A DNA stretch of 64,000 bases from Nitrospirota bacterium. Its GTDB lineage: Bacteria; Nitrospirota; UBA9217. The stretch is from positions 352,001-416,000 of the forward strand of contig CAVVUN010000012.1 in NCBI GenBank assembly GCA_963751455.1, read 5' to 3'. Below, one piece after another: positions 10,390 to 20,750 of the stretch (position 1 is the first letter of the stretch; the number at the start of each line of letters is the position of its first letter). The notes under the pieces are model-generated. The model worked only from the letters and a program-made list of their open reading frames with translations, did not search any database and had not been told where the DNA came from. The translations under genes and the position numbers were made by a program.

Positions 10390-10852
10390 GTGACTGAGGG
10401 TTTTATCCCGCCCCATGGCGGTTACCAGAAGCTGCTCTCCTACCAGAAGGCAGAGATCGTGTACGACGCTACGGTATATTTTGTGACCGCTTTATCGACA
10501 AGCGCAGCCGCACTCATGATCAGATGATCCAGGCTGCCCGGTCAGGCAAGCAAAACATTATTGAAGGCAGTATGGCTTCCGCAACATCCAAAGAAACCGA
10601 GATTAAACTCACGAACGTGGCCCGGGCCAGCCTGGAAGAGCTGTTGGCAGACTACCGAGATTTCCTGCGGACGCGCAAACTGGCAATCTGGGACAAGGGC
10701 GGGCTGCCAATACCATCATCTGCCTTATTCACCAAGCCAACTCTCTGCTGGACCAGCAACTGCGAAGTCTCGAAGCTGCCTTTCTCAAGGAAGGCGGTCT
10801 ACGAGAGCGCATGACTCGAGCTCGTCTGGAAGCAAGGAAGAAGGACCGCTAA
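10390..10852 (+). pseudogene. Four-helix-bundle protein with suffix domain (TIGR02436/TIGR04258-like), frameshifted with an apparent internal deletion
   Basis: GFIPPHGGYQKLLSYQKA...DQMIQAARSGKQNIIEGS...ARASLEELLADYRDFLR...WDK / AANTIICLIHQAN...FLKEGGLRERM across three frames. Confidence 0.75.
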
Positions 10853-10958
10853 TGGTTCAATTCAGATAACATTTGGAAACTTCCTCCGCTATTAGCCTCG
10901 AACCCGTGGCCCAATCTGCCGCCTACTAAACACAGTGCTAAAATTAAACCATGCGAAC

Positions 10959-11006
10959 CAGCTATCGGCTATCAGCGTACTGCTTATTGCTGACAGCCGA
11001 CAACTG
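10959..11006. repeat. 7-nt periodic inverted repeat
   Basis: cagctatcggctatcagc ... gctgacagccgacaactg just upstream of the AKR RBS. Confidence 0.55.
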
Positions 11007-11023
11007 AACTTACGGAGGTTGCC

Positions 11024-12019
11024 ATGACAACCATGAAATACCGCAAACTCGGAAAATCGGGATTGGAGGTGCCGGCCATCGGTTTGGGCTGCATGGGCAT
11101 GAGTGAATTCTATGCCGGGGCATCGGACAATGATTCTCTCGAGACCATTCGGCGCGCAATCGAGCTCGGCATCACCTTCCTCGATACCGCGGACATGTAT
11201 GGACCTTTCAAAAACGAGGAACTGGTGGGCAGGGCCATCAAGGGGAGAAGAGACCGGATCATACTCGCAACCAAATTCGGGAACGTACGCGGAGCGGACG
11301 GGAGTTTCCAGGGCATCAGCGGAAGGCCCGAGTACGTGAGAAAAGCCTGCGATACTTCGCTCAAACGGCTCGGTACGGATTATATTGATCTCTATTACCA
11401 GCACCGCGTGGACCGGGCTGTCCCGATCGAGGAGACAGTCGGGACCATGGGGGCGCTCGTTCGCGAAGGAAAGGTGCGCTTTATCGGGCTGTCCGAAGCG
11501 GCGCCCGAGACGATGAGGAGAGCCAATAGAGTGCATCCCGTGACCGCTCTCCAGACCGAATACTCCCTGTGGAGCCGCGACCCAGAAGACGAGATACTGC
11601 CGACCGTGCGCGAACTCGGGATCGGGTTCGTTGCGTACAGCCCTCTCGGCAGGGGCTTCTTGACCGGCCGTTTTAAAAAAGTGGAAGATATCCCGGAGGG
11701 CGACTATCGCAGGCAATCGCCGAGGTTCCAGGGCGAGAACTTCAGGAGAAATCTCGAACTCGTGGAGCGGGTGCGTGAGATTGCAGGCGAAAAGAACGTA
11801 AAGCCTTCACAGCTTGCGCTTGCATGGGTGCTCGCCCAGGGCAACGACATCGTTCCGATTCCGGGAACCACGAGGCGGGCACATCTTGAAGAGAATATGC
11901 AGGCGCTCCAAATCGTGCTTACAACCGATGACCTGGCCCGGATAGACGAGGCGGCTCCCCACGGAGCTGCCGCAGGAATGCGGTACTCCGAGGAAGGCAT
12001 GAAGACGGTAAACGGTTAG
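11024..12019 (+). CDS. Aldo/keto reductase
   Basis: [44 protein letters not shown]; RBS ggagg. Confidence 0.95.
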   Translation: MTTMKYRKLGKSGLEVPAIGLGCMGMSEFYAGASDNDSLETIRRAIELGITFLDTADMYGPFKNEELVGRAIKGRRDRIILATKFGNVRGADGSFQGISGRPEYVRKACDTSLKRLGTDYIDLYYQHRVDRAVPIEETVGTMGALVREGKVRFIGLSEAAPETMRRANRVHPVTALQTEYSLWSRDPEDEILPTVRELGIGFVAYSPLGRGFLTGRFKKVEDIPEGDYRRQSPRFQGENFRRNLELVERVREIAGEKNVKPSQLALAWVLAQGNDIVPIPGTTRRAHLEENMQALQIVLTTDDLARIDEAAPHGAAAGMRYSEEGMKTVNG

Positions 12020-12043
12020 CACAGCGGTCCATAAGGGAGAAAA

Positions 12044-12310
12044 ATGATTCCCATAATTCTGGTTGTTATTGTAGTCGTGATTGTTGCGCTTTTTTCCGTG
12101 CAGAACGCAATGCCGGTCGCCATCTCGTTTCTTGTCTGGCATTTCGATGCGTCTCTTGCAATAATCGCGCTGCTGTTTTTCCTGGCCGGCATGATTGCCG
12201 GTATAGGCCTGTTGTTCTGGACACGAATGCGGCGAACAGCAGCAAAAAAGAAAAGCGAACTTGCCCGGAAGCAGCCGGTCAGCGGGAAACCGGAGGATTT
12301 ACCCGGTTAG
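12044..12310 (+). CDS. LapA/DUF1049-family small membrane protein
   Basis: TM-FSVQN-x-V-x-ISFLVW...SL-TM-basic tail pattern. Confidence 0.75.
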   Translation: MIPIILVVIVVVIVALFSVQNAMPVAISFLVWHFDASLAIIALLFFLAGMIAGIGLLFWTRMRRTAAKKKSELARKQPVSGKPEDLPG

Positions 12311-12371
12311 AGAAAGCACCTGTTTTCCCTCGGTGTAAAAACAAAAGCGCGAAGGAGCGAGGCATTGTGTG

Positions 12372-14567
12372 CTACATGCTCCTTGCGGCGAGTTCGTTAA
12401 ATTCCTCTGCAGGCAGAGGCTTGCTGAAAATAAAACCTTGGATTTCATCGCAATTGCTGGACCGCAGAAAGGCCAGCTGTTCGGCGGTCTCCACCCCTTC
12501 CGCGGTCACTCGAAGCTGCAAATTATGCGTCATGGCAATCATGGCATTCACGATGGCTCTGTCATTCTGATCCGTTGCAAGGTCCTTTACAAATGACCTG
12601 TCCATCTTGATCTTTTGAATCGGCAGCCTTCTTAAATGGCTCAAGGAAGTATACCCCGCGCCGAAATCATCTATCGTGAATCTGATGCCCCTTTCAGCCA
12701 ATCTGTTCAGGTTATTCGTGGTAAGGTCGATATTGTGCATAACAGTGTTTTCGGTTAATTCGAGCTCAAGCAGTCCGGGGTCCAACCCGACTTCCTTCAC
12801 TATCTGCAGGACTCTTTCTATGAAATCTTTTTGCTGAAATTTTCGCGCAGAAAGGTTCACGGTTACGCTGAGATTGGGATACCCGGATTCCTTCCATGCC
12901 TTTGCCTGTGCACAGGCGGCTTGCAATACCCACTCGTCAAGAGACGTTATGAATCCGGTCTCTTCAGCAAGGGGGATGAATTGTGCCGGCGCAAGCAGCC
13001 CTAACTCGGGATGTCTCCACCGCACCAGCGCCTCTGCCGAAACTATCCGCCTGCTCTCAATATCCATCTGGGGCTGATAGTACAGCACCAGTTCCCCTAG
13101 CTCTATCGCCTGGTGGAGCCTGTCTTCCATGATTGTCCTTTCAAATCCTCTCACCTGAAGGACGTGGTTATAAAATTGATAATTGTTCCTCCCCGCTTCC
13201 TTTGCATTGTACATGGCGGTATCGGCATTCTTGAGAAGCGTTTCCGCATTTTCTCCATCACCGGGATACAGGCTGATGCCGATGCTCGTAGTCACATGAA
13301 GATCGATGCCCCCGATCTCGAAAGGCCCCTTAAAGACCGATATGATCTTTTCCGCAATAGTTGCGGCATGCTCGGCATGAGCCATATCGGCAAGCAGGAT
13401 GTTAAACTCATCTCCTCCCATGCGGGCAACGGTGTCCGATTCACGCACGCACGTTTTCAGCCTCTCCGATACCGCTTTCAGCAAATGATCGCCGGTAGTG
13501 TGGCCGAGCGTATCGTTGATGATTTTGAAACGGTCGAGGTCCAAAAACATCGTCGCCAGCAGTTTGTGGTTCCGGCGGGCCTGGGCAAGCTCAAGGTTCA
13601 GATGGTCAATGAACAGCGTACGATTCGGCAAGCCGGTCAGCGCATCGTGATACGCCTGGTATTTAATGGCATCCTCCAGCTTTTTGCGCTCCGTAATGTC
13701 CCTCACGATGGCCCACATGCCTGCAGGGAAGCCTTTTTCATCTCTAATAATCCACTTCTTTATGGAAACGGGAAACCTGGCTCCGTCCTTTCTGCGGTAT
13801 TCCTTCTCGTATTCCTCCGAGTACCCTTGTGAGAATATCCGGCTATTAATGAAGATTTCCCTTTCCCGCCAGGGCGCCGGAGTGATATCCTCATAGGAGG
13901 CCCATTTGATTTCATCCCGGGTATAGCCGAGCATGTCGAGATATCGTTGATTGCACTCGAGAACTCTCTCTTTCAAATCGGTCATCACAATGCCGTCACT
14001 GATGGTATCGTAGAGGTTCCGAAGCTTCTTTTCAGAACGCGTTAGCGCAGCTTCGGCTTTTTTACGCTCGGAAATTTCGGACGTGAGCGAGCTGTTGAGC
14101 CGTGTCAATTCCGCGGTCCTTTCCTGAACACGCTGCTCCAGTTCGGCATACGCCCTGTGCAATCTTTCCTGCGCCGTTCTCCGGTCGGCCCGTTCCCTGG
14201 CCTCTAAAAAGGCCCGCCTTACCGCCGGTCCGAGTCTCTCCAGGCGGTCCTTGAGAACGTAATCAGTGGCCCCCTTTTTGACCATCTCGATTGCGAAATC
14301 TTCTCCAATTGCTCCGGACACGAAAATGAACGGCACGTCGGGGCGCTTCCGCGCGGCCAATGCAAGAGCAGTGAGGCCGTCGAACCCGGGAAGGGAGTAA
14401 TCTGCGAGGATAAGGTCGAAGCCGCCTGTCTCCAGAGACTGGATAAAATCTTCTTTCGTGAGCGCGCGCGCTATCTCGCAGCGAATTCCGTCCTCCTCGA
14501 GTCTCGCCTCAATAAGCTCTGAATCAAGAAGATTGTCTTCCAGGTGCAGGATGCCCAGTTTTTTCAT
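12372..14567 (-). CDS. REC-PAS-GGDEF-EAL diguanylate cyclase/phosphodiesterase (paralogue 1)
   Basis: LHLEDN...ADYSLPG; RESD-TVARM-GGDEF; AEALVRW; DDFGAG; AEGVET. Confidence 0.93.
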   Translation of the reverse strand: MKKLGILHLEDNLLDSELIEARLEEDGIRCEIARALTKEDFIQSLETGGFDLILADYSLPGFDGLTALALAARKRPDVPFIFVSGAIGEDFAIEMVKKGATDYVLKDRLERLGPAVRRAFLEARERADRRTAQERLHRAYAELEQRVQERTAELTRLNSSLTSEISERKKAEAALTRSEKKLRNLYDTISDGIVMTDLKERVLECNQRYLDMLGYTRDEIKWASYEDITPAPWREREIFINSRIFSQGYSEEYEKEYRRKDGARFPVSIKKWIIRDEKGFPAGMWAIVRDITERKKLEDAIKYQAYHDALTGLPNRTLFIDHLNLELAQARRNHKLLATMFLDLDRFKIINDTLGHTTGDHLLKAVSERLKTCVRESDTVARMGGDEFNILLADMAHAEHAATIAEKIISVFKGPFEIGGIDLHVTTSIGISLYPGDGENAETLLKNADTAMYNAKEAGRNNYQFYNHVLQVRGFERTIMEDRLHQAIELGELVLYYQPQMDIESRRIVSAEALVRWRHPELGLLAPAQFIPLAEETGFITSLDEWVLQAACAQAKAWKESGYPNLSVTVNLSARKFQQKDFIERVLQIVKEVGLDPGLLELELTENTVMHNIDLTTNNLNRLAERGIRFTIDDFGAGYTSLSHLRRLPIQKIKMDRSFVKDLATDQNDRAIVNAMIAMTHNLQLRVTAEGVETAEQLAFLRSSNCDEIQGFIFSKPLPAEEFNELAARSM

Positions 14568-14590
14568 CTCTTGCTTTTGTCCTTAAAAGA

Positions 14591-14734
14591 GCAGTTGGAC
14601 ACGGATAAAATCTGATTAGCACGGATTTACAGAAACTTACAAGCACAATATGAAATTCACCCAAAAGGTGAGACGTTTGTGAATTCTATCGCATTGTTTC
14701 ATCCGCTGTTTCTGTGATCATCCGTGTCCAATGC
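14591..14734. mobile_element. About 145-bp MITE-like element with TTGGACACGGAT terminal inverted repeats (copy 1)
   Basis: gcagttggacacggat...atccgtgtccaatgc; interior homologous, in inverted orientation, to 20497-20729. Confidence 0.7.
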
Positions 14735-14735
14735 C

Positions 14736-15197
14736 TTATTTAGGTTTATCCTTCTTCAACGCAGTAGGCGGCGGTTCGTTTATTACAGCCCAGAATACGC
14801 CGAGTTCCTTGACCGCCCGGGCAAATTCCTGAAAGTCGACGGGCTTGACGACGTATGCATTTACTCCCAGCCGGTAGCTTTCGACAAGATCCCGTTCCTC
14901 GCGCGAAGAGGTAAGCACCACGACAGGGATAAACTTTAACTGCTCGTCCTCTTTTATGGTTTTCAGCACCTCGACGCCGTCCACTCGAGGGAGCTTGAGA
15001 TCTAAAAGAACCACGGCCGGGTTTCCCTCCTCACGTCCAGCAAATTCACTGCGCCGAAAAAGATAGTCGAGGGCTTCAACACCGTCCCTTGCCACAACGA
15101 CTTCGTTTGCGAGATTGTATTCACTCAGTCCGTCCAGCACCATCTCGACATCGTTCGGGTTGTCTTCAACCAGTAAAATGCGTCTCAACTCCATCAT
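14736..15197 (-). CDS. Single-domain response regulator (Rcp1-like)
   Basis: LLVEDNPND, LLDLKLP, LTSS, GVNAYVVKP. Confidence 0.92.
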   Translation of the reverse strand: MMELRRILLVEDNPNDVEMVLDGLSEYNLANEVVVARDGVEALDYLFRRSEFAGREEGNPAVVLLDLKLPRVDGVEVLKTIKEDEQLKFIPVVVLTSSREERDLVESYRLGVNAYVVKPVDFQEFARAVKELGVFWAVINEPPPTALKKDKPK

Positions 15198-17149
15198 GAC
15201 GTATGCCTCCTCTGTTTCGGCAGCGAAAAATAGAACGTTGCGCCTTCACCGAGAACGCCGTCCCCCCACGTCCTGCCGCCGTGGCGATGAATTATACGTT
15301 TCACATTTGCGAGCCCGACGCCGGTCCCCTCGAACTCTTCCGGCCTGTGCAGGCGCTGGAAGAGGCCGAAGAGCTTCTCCTTATATTTCATGTCGAAACC
15401 CACGCCGTTGTCCTTTACATGAAAAATATATTCCGCTGCGCTGTCCTCCGCTCCTATTTCAATTATAGACTTGGTCCGGTCACGGGTGAATTTGAGCGCA
15501 TTTGAAATGAGGTTCGTCCATACCAGACGCAAAAGAGCGGGATCGCCCACAACATGGGGAAGCGTATTTATTTCCCAGGATACTTTTCTTCCTTTTGTTT
15601 CATCGCTCAGCTCGTTGATCACGTCTCTGGCCAAAGTATTCGAATCCACCTCTTCGCGTTTCATTTCGACGCGGCCCGCGCGGGAAAAGCCGAGAAGGTC
15701 ATCTATCAGCCGGCCCATCTGGCCGGCCGCGCCGGAAATAACGTCGAGGTAGTGCCTGCTCTTTTCATCCAGATCTTTTCCGGTCCTTTTATTCAGCATT
15801 TCGATGAACCCGGCCAGATGCCTGAGCGGCGCACGCAGGTCGTGCGAGACGGAATATGAAAAAGCTTCGAGTTCCGCATTCGCCGCCTGGAGTTGTGCGA
15901 CATGGCGCTTCAACTCCTCATTGAGCGCCGTTATCTGCTCCTCGGCTCTCTTCCGGCTGGTGACATCGATGCTCACCCCGATTATGCGTTCCCGATGACC
16001 CCCGGAATGCGAGATCATCCGCCCGCGCGACTCCATCCAGCGCATTTCACCCTCGCGGCCGGGGAAGAGAAATTCCCACTGTTCCTCTTCCCTGCCCGAG
16101 TGCATCCATTCCTTGAAGAACCTGTCCAACCGCTGGGCGTCCTGGGGAGCGACGCGCTTCATCCAGCCCTCATAGTTGCCTTCGAAGGCGCCCGGGGCAA
16201 GACCGAAAAACTCCTCCAACTGCTCGCTCCAGACAATTCTGCCGCTGGCCAGATCCCAGTCGAACACGCCTATGTGCCCCGCCTTCTGGGCAAGGGCCAA
16301 CCTCTCTTCGCTCTCCCGAAGAGCGCTTTGAGCTCGTTTCAGGTGATTGATGCTTTCCATAAGCTGAACATTCGTTCGTCGAAGCGCCTCTGTCCGTTCC
16401 CGTACCCGTTCTTCGAGCTTGTCACGGGCTTCACGCAGGGAATTTACGGATTCCCACTCAAAAACTTTCAGGATGCGCGTGATGGTAAAAAATGATATTA
16501 CTGCGCACATGGTGCGAAGGAGCTGGACCGGGACGCCTGTGCCTGCGAAAAAAGCCTTTGTATTAAAAATCGATGCAGGGAAGAACTCTGCTTCCGGAAC
16601 AATAACGCCCGCCAGAAAACCGTAAACAAGGAAAGTGCCTATAGTCACTTTTATATTTCGCACTGTGCCTGTTTGCCGTTCTTCGCGTATTTGCGGTATT
16701 TGCAGAAACAGGCCATAGCACGCCAAAAGTATGCCCGGAATTCCCAACAGGTAACGGGCTCCTATTTCACCCATTAAGAGCACTTGGCCGCTGGCGCCGG
16801 TAAATGCAGCCCAGGCTATGATCACTATAACCGGAAGGGCTTTCATGGCTCCCTGCGCCGGTTTTTTCTCCATTATTGCTTTTGTTCCAAACAGAACCAG
16901 GAAGTAAAAAGAAACCGGCAGGATAATAAATCGAACCATTTTGAGGATTGATGCAGCATCGGGGTGGATAACGATGAACATATCGAGCCATTCGTTAATG
17001 CCGTGAAATATGCCGAACCAGCCTATCAGTTCGATGTTTTCTGCCAGCCTGAATTTGCTGTTTTCTCTGGGATACAGCAATATGGTGGTCCCCAGAATAA
17101 AAAAAGACAAACCATAAATAAAAAACATGAATGGATAATAGGAAGACAT
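15194..17149 (-). CDS. Multi-TM sensor-PAS histidine kinase (Cph1/BphP-type transmitter)
   Basis: About 7 hydrophobic helices with FGIFHGINEW; SHDLRAPLR; NLISNALKF; DNGVGFD; GTGVGLA. Confidence 0.92.
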   Translation of the reverse strand: MSSYYPFMFFIYGLSFFILGTTILLYPRENSKFRLAENIELIGWFGIFHGINEWLDMFIVIHPDAASILKMVRFIILPVSFYFLVLFGTKAIMEKKPAQGAMKALPVIVIIAWAAFTGASGQVLLMGEIGARYLLGIPGILLACYGLFLQIPQIREERQTGTVRNIKVTIGTFLVYGFLAGVIVPEAEFFPASIFNTKAFFAGTGVPVQLLRTMCAVISFFTITRILKVFEWESVNSLREARDKLEERVRERTEALRRTNVQLMESINHLKRAQSALRESEERLALAQKAGHIGVFDWDLASGRIVWSEQLEEFFGLAPGAFEGNYEGWMKRVAPQDAQRLDRFFKEWMHSGREEEQWEFLFPGREGEMRWMESRGRMISHSGGHRERIIGVSIDVTSRKRAEEQITALNEELKRHVAQLQAANAELEAFSYSVSHDLRAPLRHLAGFIEMLNKRTGKDLDEKSRHYLDVISGAAGQMGRLIDDLLGFSRAGRVEMKREEVDSNTLARDVINELSDETKGRKVSWEINTLPHVVGDPALLRLVWTNLISNALKFTRDRTKSIIEIGAEDSAAEYIFHVKDNGVGFDMKYKEKLFGLFQRLHRPEEFEGTGVGLANVKRIIHRHGGRTWGDGVLGEGATFYFSLPKQRRHTS

Positions 17150-17663
17150 AGCGGCCCGTTAAAATATAAACATCGTGACAAACCGGATCCATATGCGGCA
17201 AAAGGGAGGACGTTATTCAGGATACAAGACTTATACAGTAGATAAATGAGGATGCGTCATAGGCCCTGGCCTTTGTCGCAATTAATTCTGCTTCTGAAGC
17301 CTTACTCGTCAGTGATTACAACAGCGCTTTCTTCAAATATAGCACCTCAGGCCGTCTTGCGGGCGGTCATGGTAGTGTTGAGAGTTCGGAGTGCGGATTA
17401 CGGAATGTAAAGAAGCCGACTGGGGGATTGAGAAGCGATGGCGTGACGCGGGGAGTTATTAAGTCATTCGCGGGTAAGCCATTCGGTTCGAAGTTTGAAA
17501 GGTAATTTAATGCACCGAGCAGCAACAGTGCCCGGATTGTTGAGAACGGGACGGCCCTTTCGAGCGACCGCTGCAGGCCTCTCCTGCAAAACGCTCTGTA
17601 ATCATCTTTCAGAAGCGACAGACGCGAGAGACCTGCATATGCAATAGAAAAGTCGCGGAGGGT

Positions 17664-18074
17664 TTATTCGTTCGTCGAGGCCATCAGCCGTTCCCTGTCC
17701 TTGAACAGCATGTCGCATTTATTGGCATAGAGCTTCAGCACGATTCCCTTGCCGAATGTGTTGTGATTTACAATCTCGCCCACGCGGTATTTTGTGGACA
17801 TGCTGTAATCACGCTCTTTTCCTTTTGCCGCTGCAAGGCCGGTCTCCCATATGATCGCGGCTGCCGCTTCTTCTCCGGCGGCGTTTTTCGCTCTCGGCTT
17901 CCGGACCTTTACAGGGTCGGCCGGGTTCCGGTATTTGTGCAAGCCGCCGCAGGTTTTGCATCTCACTTTCCCGATCGCGTCTCCATCCATAGTCATGATG
18001 GTATGATCGAGATTCACTTTGCATTTCCCGCAATACGACTCGATATTTTTACCTGCTGAATTTTTTTCGGGCAT
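17664..18074 (-). CDS. Hypothetical zinc-ribbon protein with C-terminal Tudor/UvrD-C-like motif
   Basis: CGKC...CKTC; YRVGEIVNHNTFGKGIV; RBS gaggagg. Confidence 0.7.
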   Translation of the reverse strand: MPEKNSAGKNIESYCGKCKVNLDHTIMTMDGDAIGKVRCKTCGGLHKYRNPADPVKVRKPRAKNAAGEEAAAAIIWETGLAAAKGKERDYSMSTKYRVGEIVNHNTFGKGIVLKLYANKCDMLFKDRERLMASTNE

Positions 18075-18291
18075 ACTACCTCCTCATTTACTATCAGTAA
18101 TATTTAATGACGAACGTCTGTCCTGTGAAATCGGTCGGAGAGAGGAATAATTCGGAAATGTCTGAATAACGCTTCTCTGGGATACAGTCACTATACACCA
18201 TGCCGCACAAAAAAGCTTTAACTCTTTTAGCATAGCGGAAGGATGCATTATCCCCTGTTTCCGGAAGCTCGACGAAGGGATGATGCACTAT

Positions 18292-20448
18292 CTACCGGGA
18301 CAAGACCAGTTTCCTGAATTCTTCCGCGGGCAGCGCCTCGCTGAACAGGAACCCCTGCACCTCGTCGCAATCGGTCGACCGGATGAACTCCATCTGCTCC
18401 TCGGTTTCGACGCCCTCGGCGATCACTTTCATTTTCATGGTGTGGGCCATTGCGGTAACGGCATCTATTATGGCGCGGTCGTCCGCATCCGTCGCGATAT
18501 CATGGATAAAGGATTTATCGATCTTGAGCCGCTGGATCGGCAGGCGCTTGAGGTGGTTCAGTGATGAATAGCCGGTGCCGAAGTCGTCGATGGAAACATG
18601 GACGCCCATATTCGCCAATTCCCGCAATTGTCCTGCGGTTCGCTCTATGCTGCTCATTGCCATGCTTTCGGTTATTTCGAGGTCCAGGCAATAGGCGGGA
18701 GTGCCGGTTTCCCTGAGGATATTCGAAATCTTGGCCACAAGGTCCGCGCTCTGGAACTGTCGCGCTGACACATTTACCGTATAGCACAGGTACGGCGGTC
18801 CGGCGGCCTGCCACACTCTGATTTGTCCGCATACTGTCCGGAGCACCCATTCATCTAAAGTCGTAATAAAACCGATCTCCTCTGCCAGCGGGATAAAACG
18901 TTCCGGAAGGAGCATTCCCAATTCCGGATGCTGCCAGCGTACCAGCGCTTCAGCGCAAATGATCTTTCCGGTTCTGACATCGATCTGCGGCTGGTAATGG
19001 ACCACCAGCTCTCCGCGCTCGAGCGTCCGTCGGAGGCTGTTTTCAAGAATTATCCTCTCCACGGTGGAGGTATTCATCGCCGGGTCGTAAAACTGAAAGT
19101 TGTCCCCGCCTTGCTCCTTCACATGGTATAACGCGATATCGGCATTCTTCAGGAGCAGTTCGGCATATTCACCGTCGTTCGGAAAGATGCTGATGCCGAT
19201 GCTCATGGTAACGTGAAGGGTATGGCCCCCGAGGGAAAAAGGCCGGCCGAAGGGCTCCAGGATCTTTCCGGCCACGTCCGCTATGTCTTCAGGGCGGGCA
19301 AGATCCGTAAGGAGGATATTGAACTCGTCGCCTCCGATGCGGGCGATCGTATCCGATTTCCTGATTTCTCTTTTCAGCCTGGAGGCCGCCTCTCTCAGCA
19401 GGGCATCACCAACATCGTGTCCGAGCGTGTCATTAATGCTTTTGAACCGGTCGAGGTCGAGAAAGAATACGGCCAGCTTCGCATTGCGACGGCGGGCCTG
19501 GGCAAGCTCAAGGTTCAGGCGGTCCATGAACAGCATCCGGTTGGCAAGACCGGTGAGTACATCATGATACGCCTGATATGTGATCGCCTCTTCCGCTCTT
19601 TTCCGCTCGACGACTTCCGTCTGAAGCGCCTCGTTCGACTTTCCGAGTTCAGCGGTCCGCTGCTGGAGGTCTCCGACCATTTTATTGAAGGATGCAGCCA
19701 GATCGCCGACTTCATCGCGCGAACGGACTTCCACCCGGTAATCGAGGTCGCCTTGTGCGATCCTCCCGGTTGCATTTCGCAATTTAATCAGCGGGCCTGA
19801 AAGGGTCCGGGAAAAAAATACACCTATAAGGACAGTGAGCAACGCTATGAAAATGGCCCAGAGCACCGCTATCTTCAGAAAAGTATCCATGAAATCTTGC
19901 CAGATCTGGAGCATCGTCTTGTCCTGACGGGCGATGGCCCTGTTCAAAGGTGCGTCGGAAAAAATGATCTCTCCATAGCCCGCAGTGTATTCCTCAATCC
20001 CTATCAGGAACACAACGCGGCGCCCGGCCGGCACCTTCTCGATCATGATCGGCGCCGACTTGAGCGCTTTCGGGTCAAGCTTGAGCTTCGTTCCGTACGA
20101 AGTGTTCTCCCAGGTGCCGTCCGTGAGCACTTTGCCGGATGCATCGGCTATGCTTGCGGAAACAATCGGCATACCTCTCCGCAAATCCTTGAGCAAAAGA
20201 GTGATGCGCTCAATATCCAGCTCGTAGAGAGGCGTGAAGAGCTCCCTTCTCAGGTATTCGGCAAGGTTGAACATCGTGTTTTGCTGGACCGCCTCAAAGT
20301 TCTCCGCTGTGCCCTCTCGCAGTCTCGTACTCAGGTAATTGGCATTTCGTGAAATAGCGATAATGGCCGTCAGCATCACGGTTGAAAGGATAATGAAGCT
20401 TACCGCGCTGAACCAGAGAGCGTATTTCTTGCTGAGGCTTAGTGTCAT
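18292..20448 (-). CDS. 2TM periplasmic-HAMP-GGDEF-EAL (paralogue 2)
   Basis: Two TMs; HAMP (PLIKL...DEVGDLAASFNKM); RKSD...GGDEF; EAL; DDFGTG. Confidence 0.92.
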   Translation of the reverse strand: MTLSLSKKYALWFSAVSFIILSTVMLTAIIAISRNANYLSTRLREGTAENFEAVQQNTMFNLAEYLRRELFTPLYELDIERITLLLKDLRRGMPIVSASIADASGKVLTDGTWENTSYGTKLKLDPKALKSAPIMIEKVPAGRRVVFLIGIEEYTAGYGEIIFSDAPLNRAIARQDKTMLQIWQDFMDTFLKIAVLWAIFIALLTVLIGVFFSRTLSGPLIKLRNATGRIAQGDLDYRVEVRSRDEVGDLAASFNKMVGDLQQRTAELGKSNEALQTEVVERKRAEEAITYQAYHDVLTGLANRMLFMDRLNLELAQARRRNAKLAVFFLDLDRFKSINDTLGHDVGDALLREAASRLKREIRKSDTIARIGGDEFNILLTDLARPEDIADVAGKILEPFGRPFSLGGHTLHVTMSIGISIFPNDGEYAELLLKNADIALYHVKEQGGDNFQFYDPAMNTSTVERIILENSLRRTLERGELVVHYQPQIDVRTGKIICAEALVRWQHPELGMLLPERFIPLAEEIGFITTLDEWVLRTVCGQIRVWQAAGPPYLCYTVNVSARQFQSADLVAKISNILRETGTPAYCLDLEITESMAMSSIERTAGQLRELANMGVHVSIDDFGTGYSSLNHLKRLPIQRLKIDKSFIHDIATDADDRAIIDAVTAMAHTMKMKVIAEGVETEEQMEFIRSTDCDEVQGFLFSEALPAEEFRKLVLSR

Positions 20449-20496
20449 GTCCGGGCCATGCGCTCCTTACTTCAATAACTTATTAACTTTAAAACG

Positions 20497-20729
20497 GCAT
20501 TTGGACACGGATAAACGCGGAACGCCCTACACTCGCGCATGCGCACAGCCTGCATTCGCGCTTTGCACTCATAAGCGCTGGCCGCAGGCTCGTAATCGTT
20601 GGGTGCAGGCCGACGGATAAAACAATACGGAAGAACAAAAAACATCTCATCTTTTGGGTGAATCTCACTATGCTTGTATGTTTCCAGAAATCCGTGTTAA
20701 TCGGATTTTATCCGTGTCCAACGGCTCTT
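20497..20729. mobile_element. MITE-like element copy 2 with nested CCTGCACCCA elements
   Basis: ttggacacggataaa...ttttatccgtgtccaa; extra ~90 bp at 20522-20610 absent from copy 1. Confidence 0.7.
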
Positions 20730-20750
20730 CAGGATTATCTGTGTTAATAG

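Noticed and set aside
10390-10852. Diversity-generating retroelement (Avd-like four-helix bundle)
   Set aside because: No reverse transcriptase and no TR/VR pair with adenine-specific differences was seen in the window.
17220-17660. c-di-GMP riboswitch upstream of the signalling operon
   Set aside because: Only a weak gacaaaggccagggcct resemblance on the - strand; no convincing P1/P2 stems or GNRA tetraloop. An Rfam scan would settle it.
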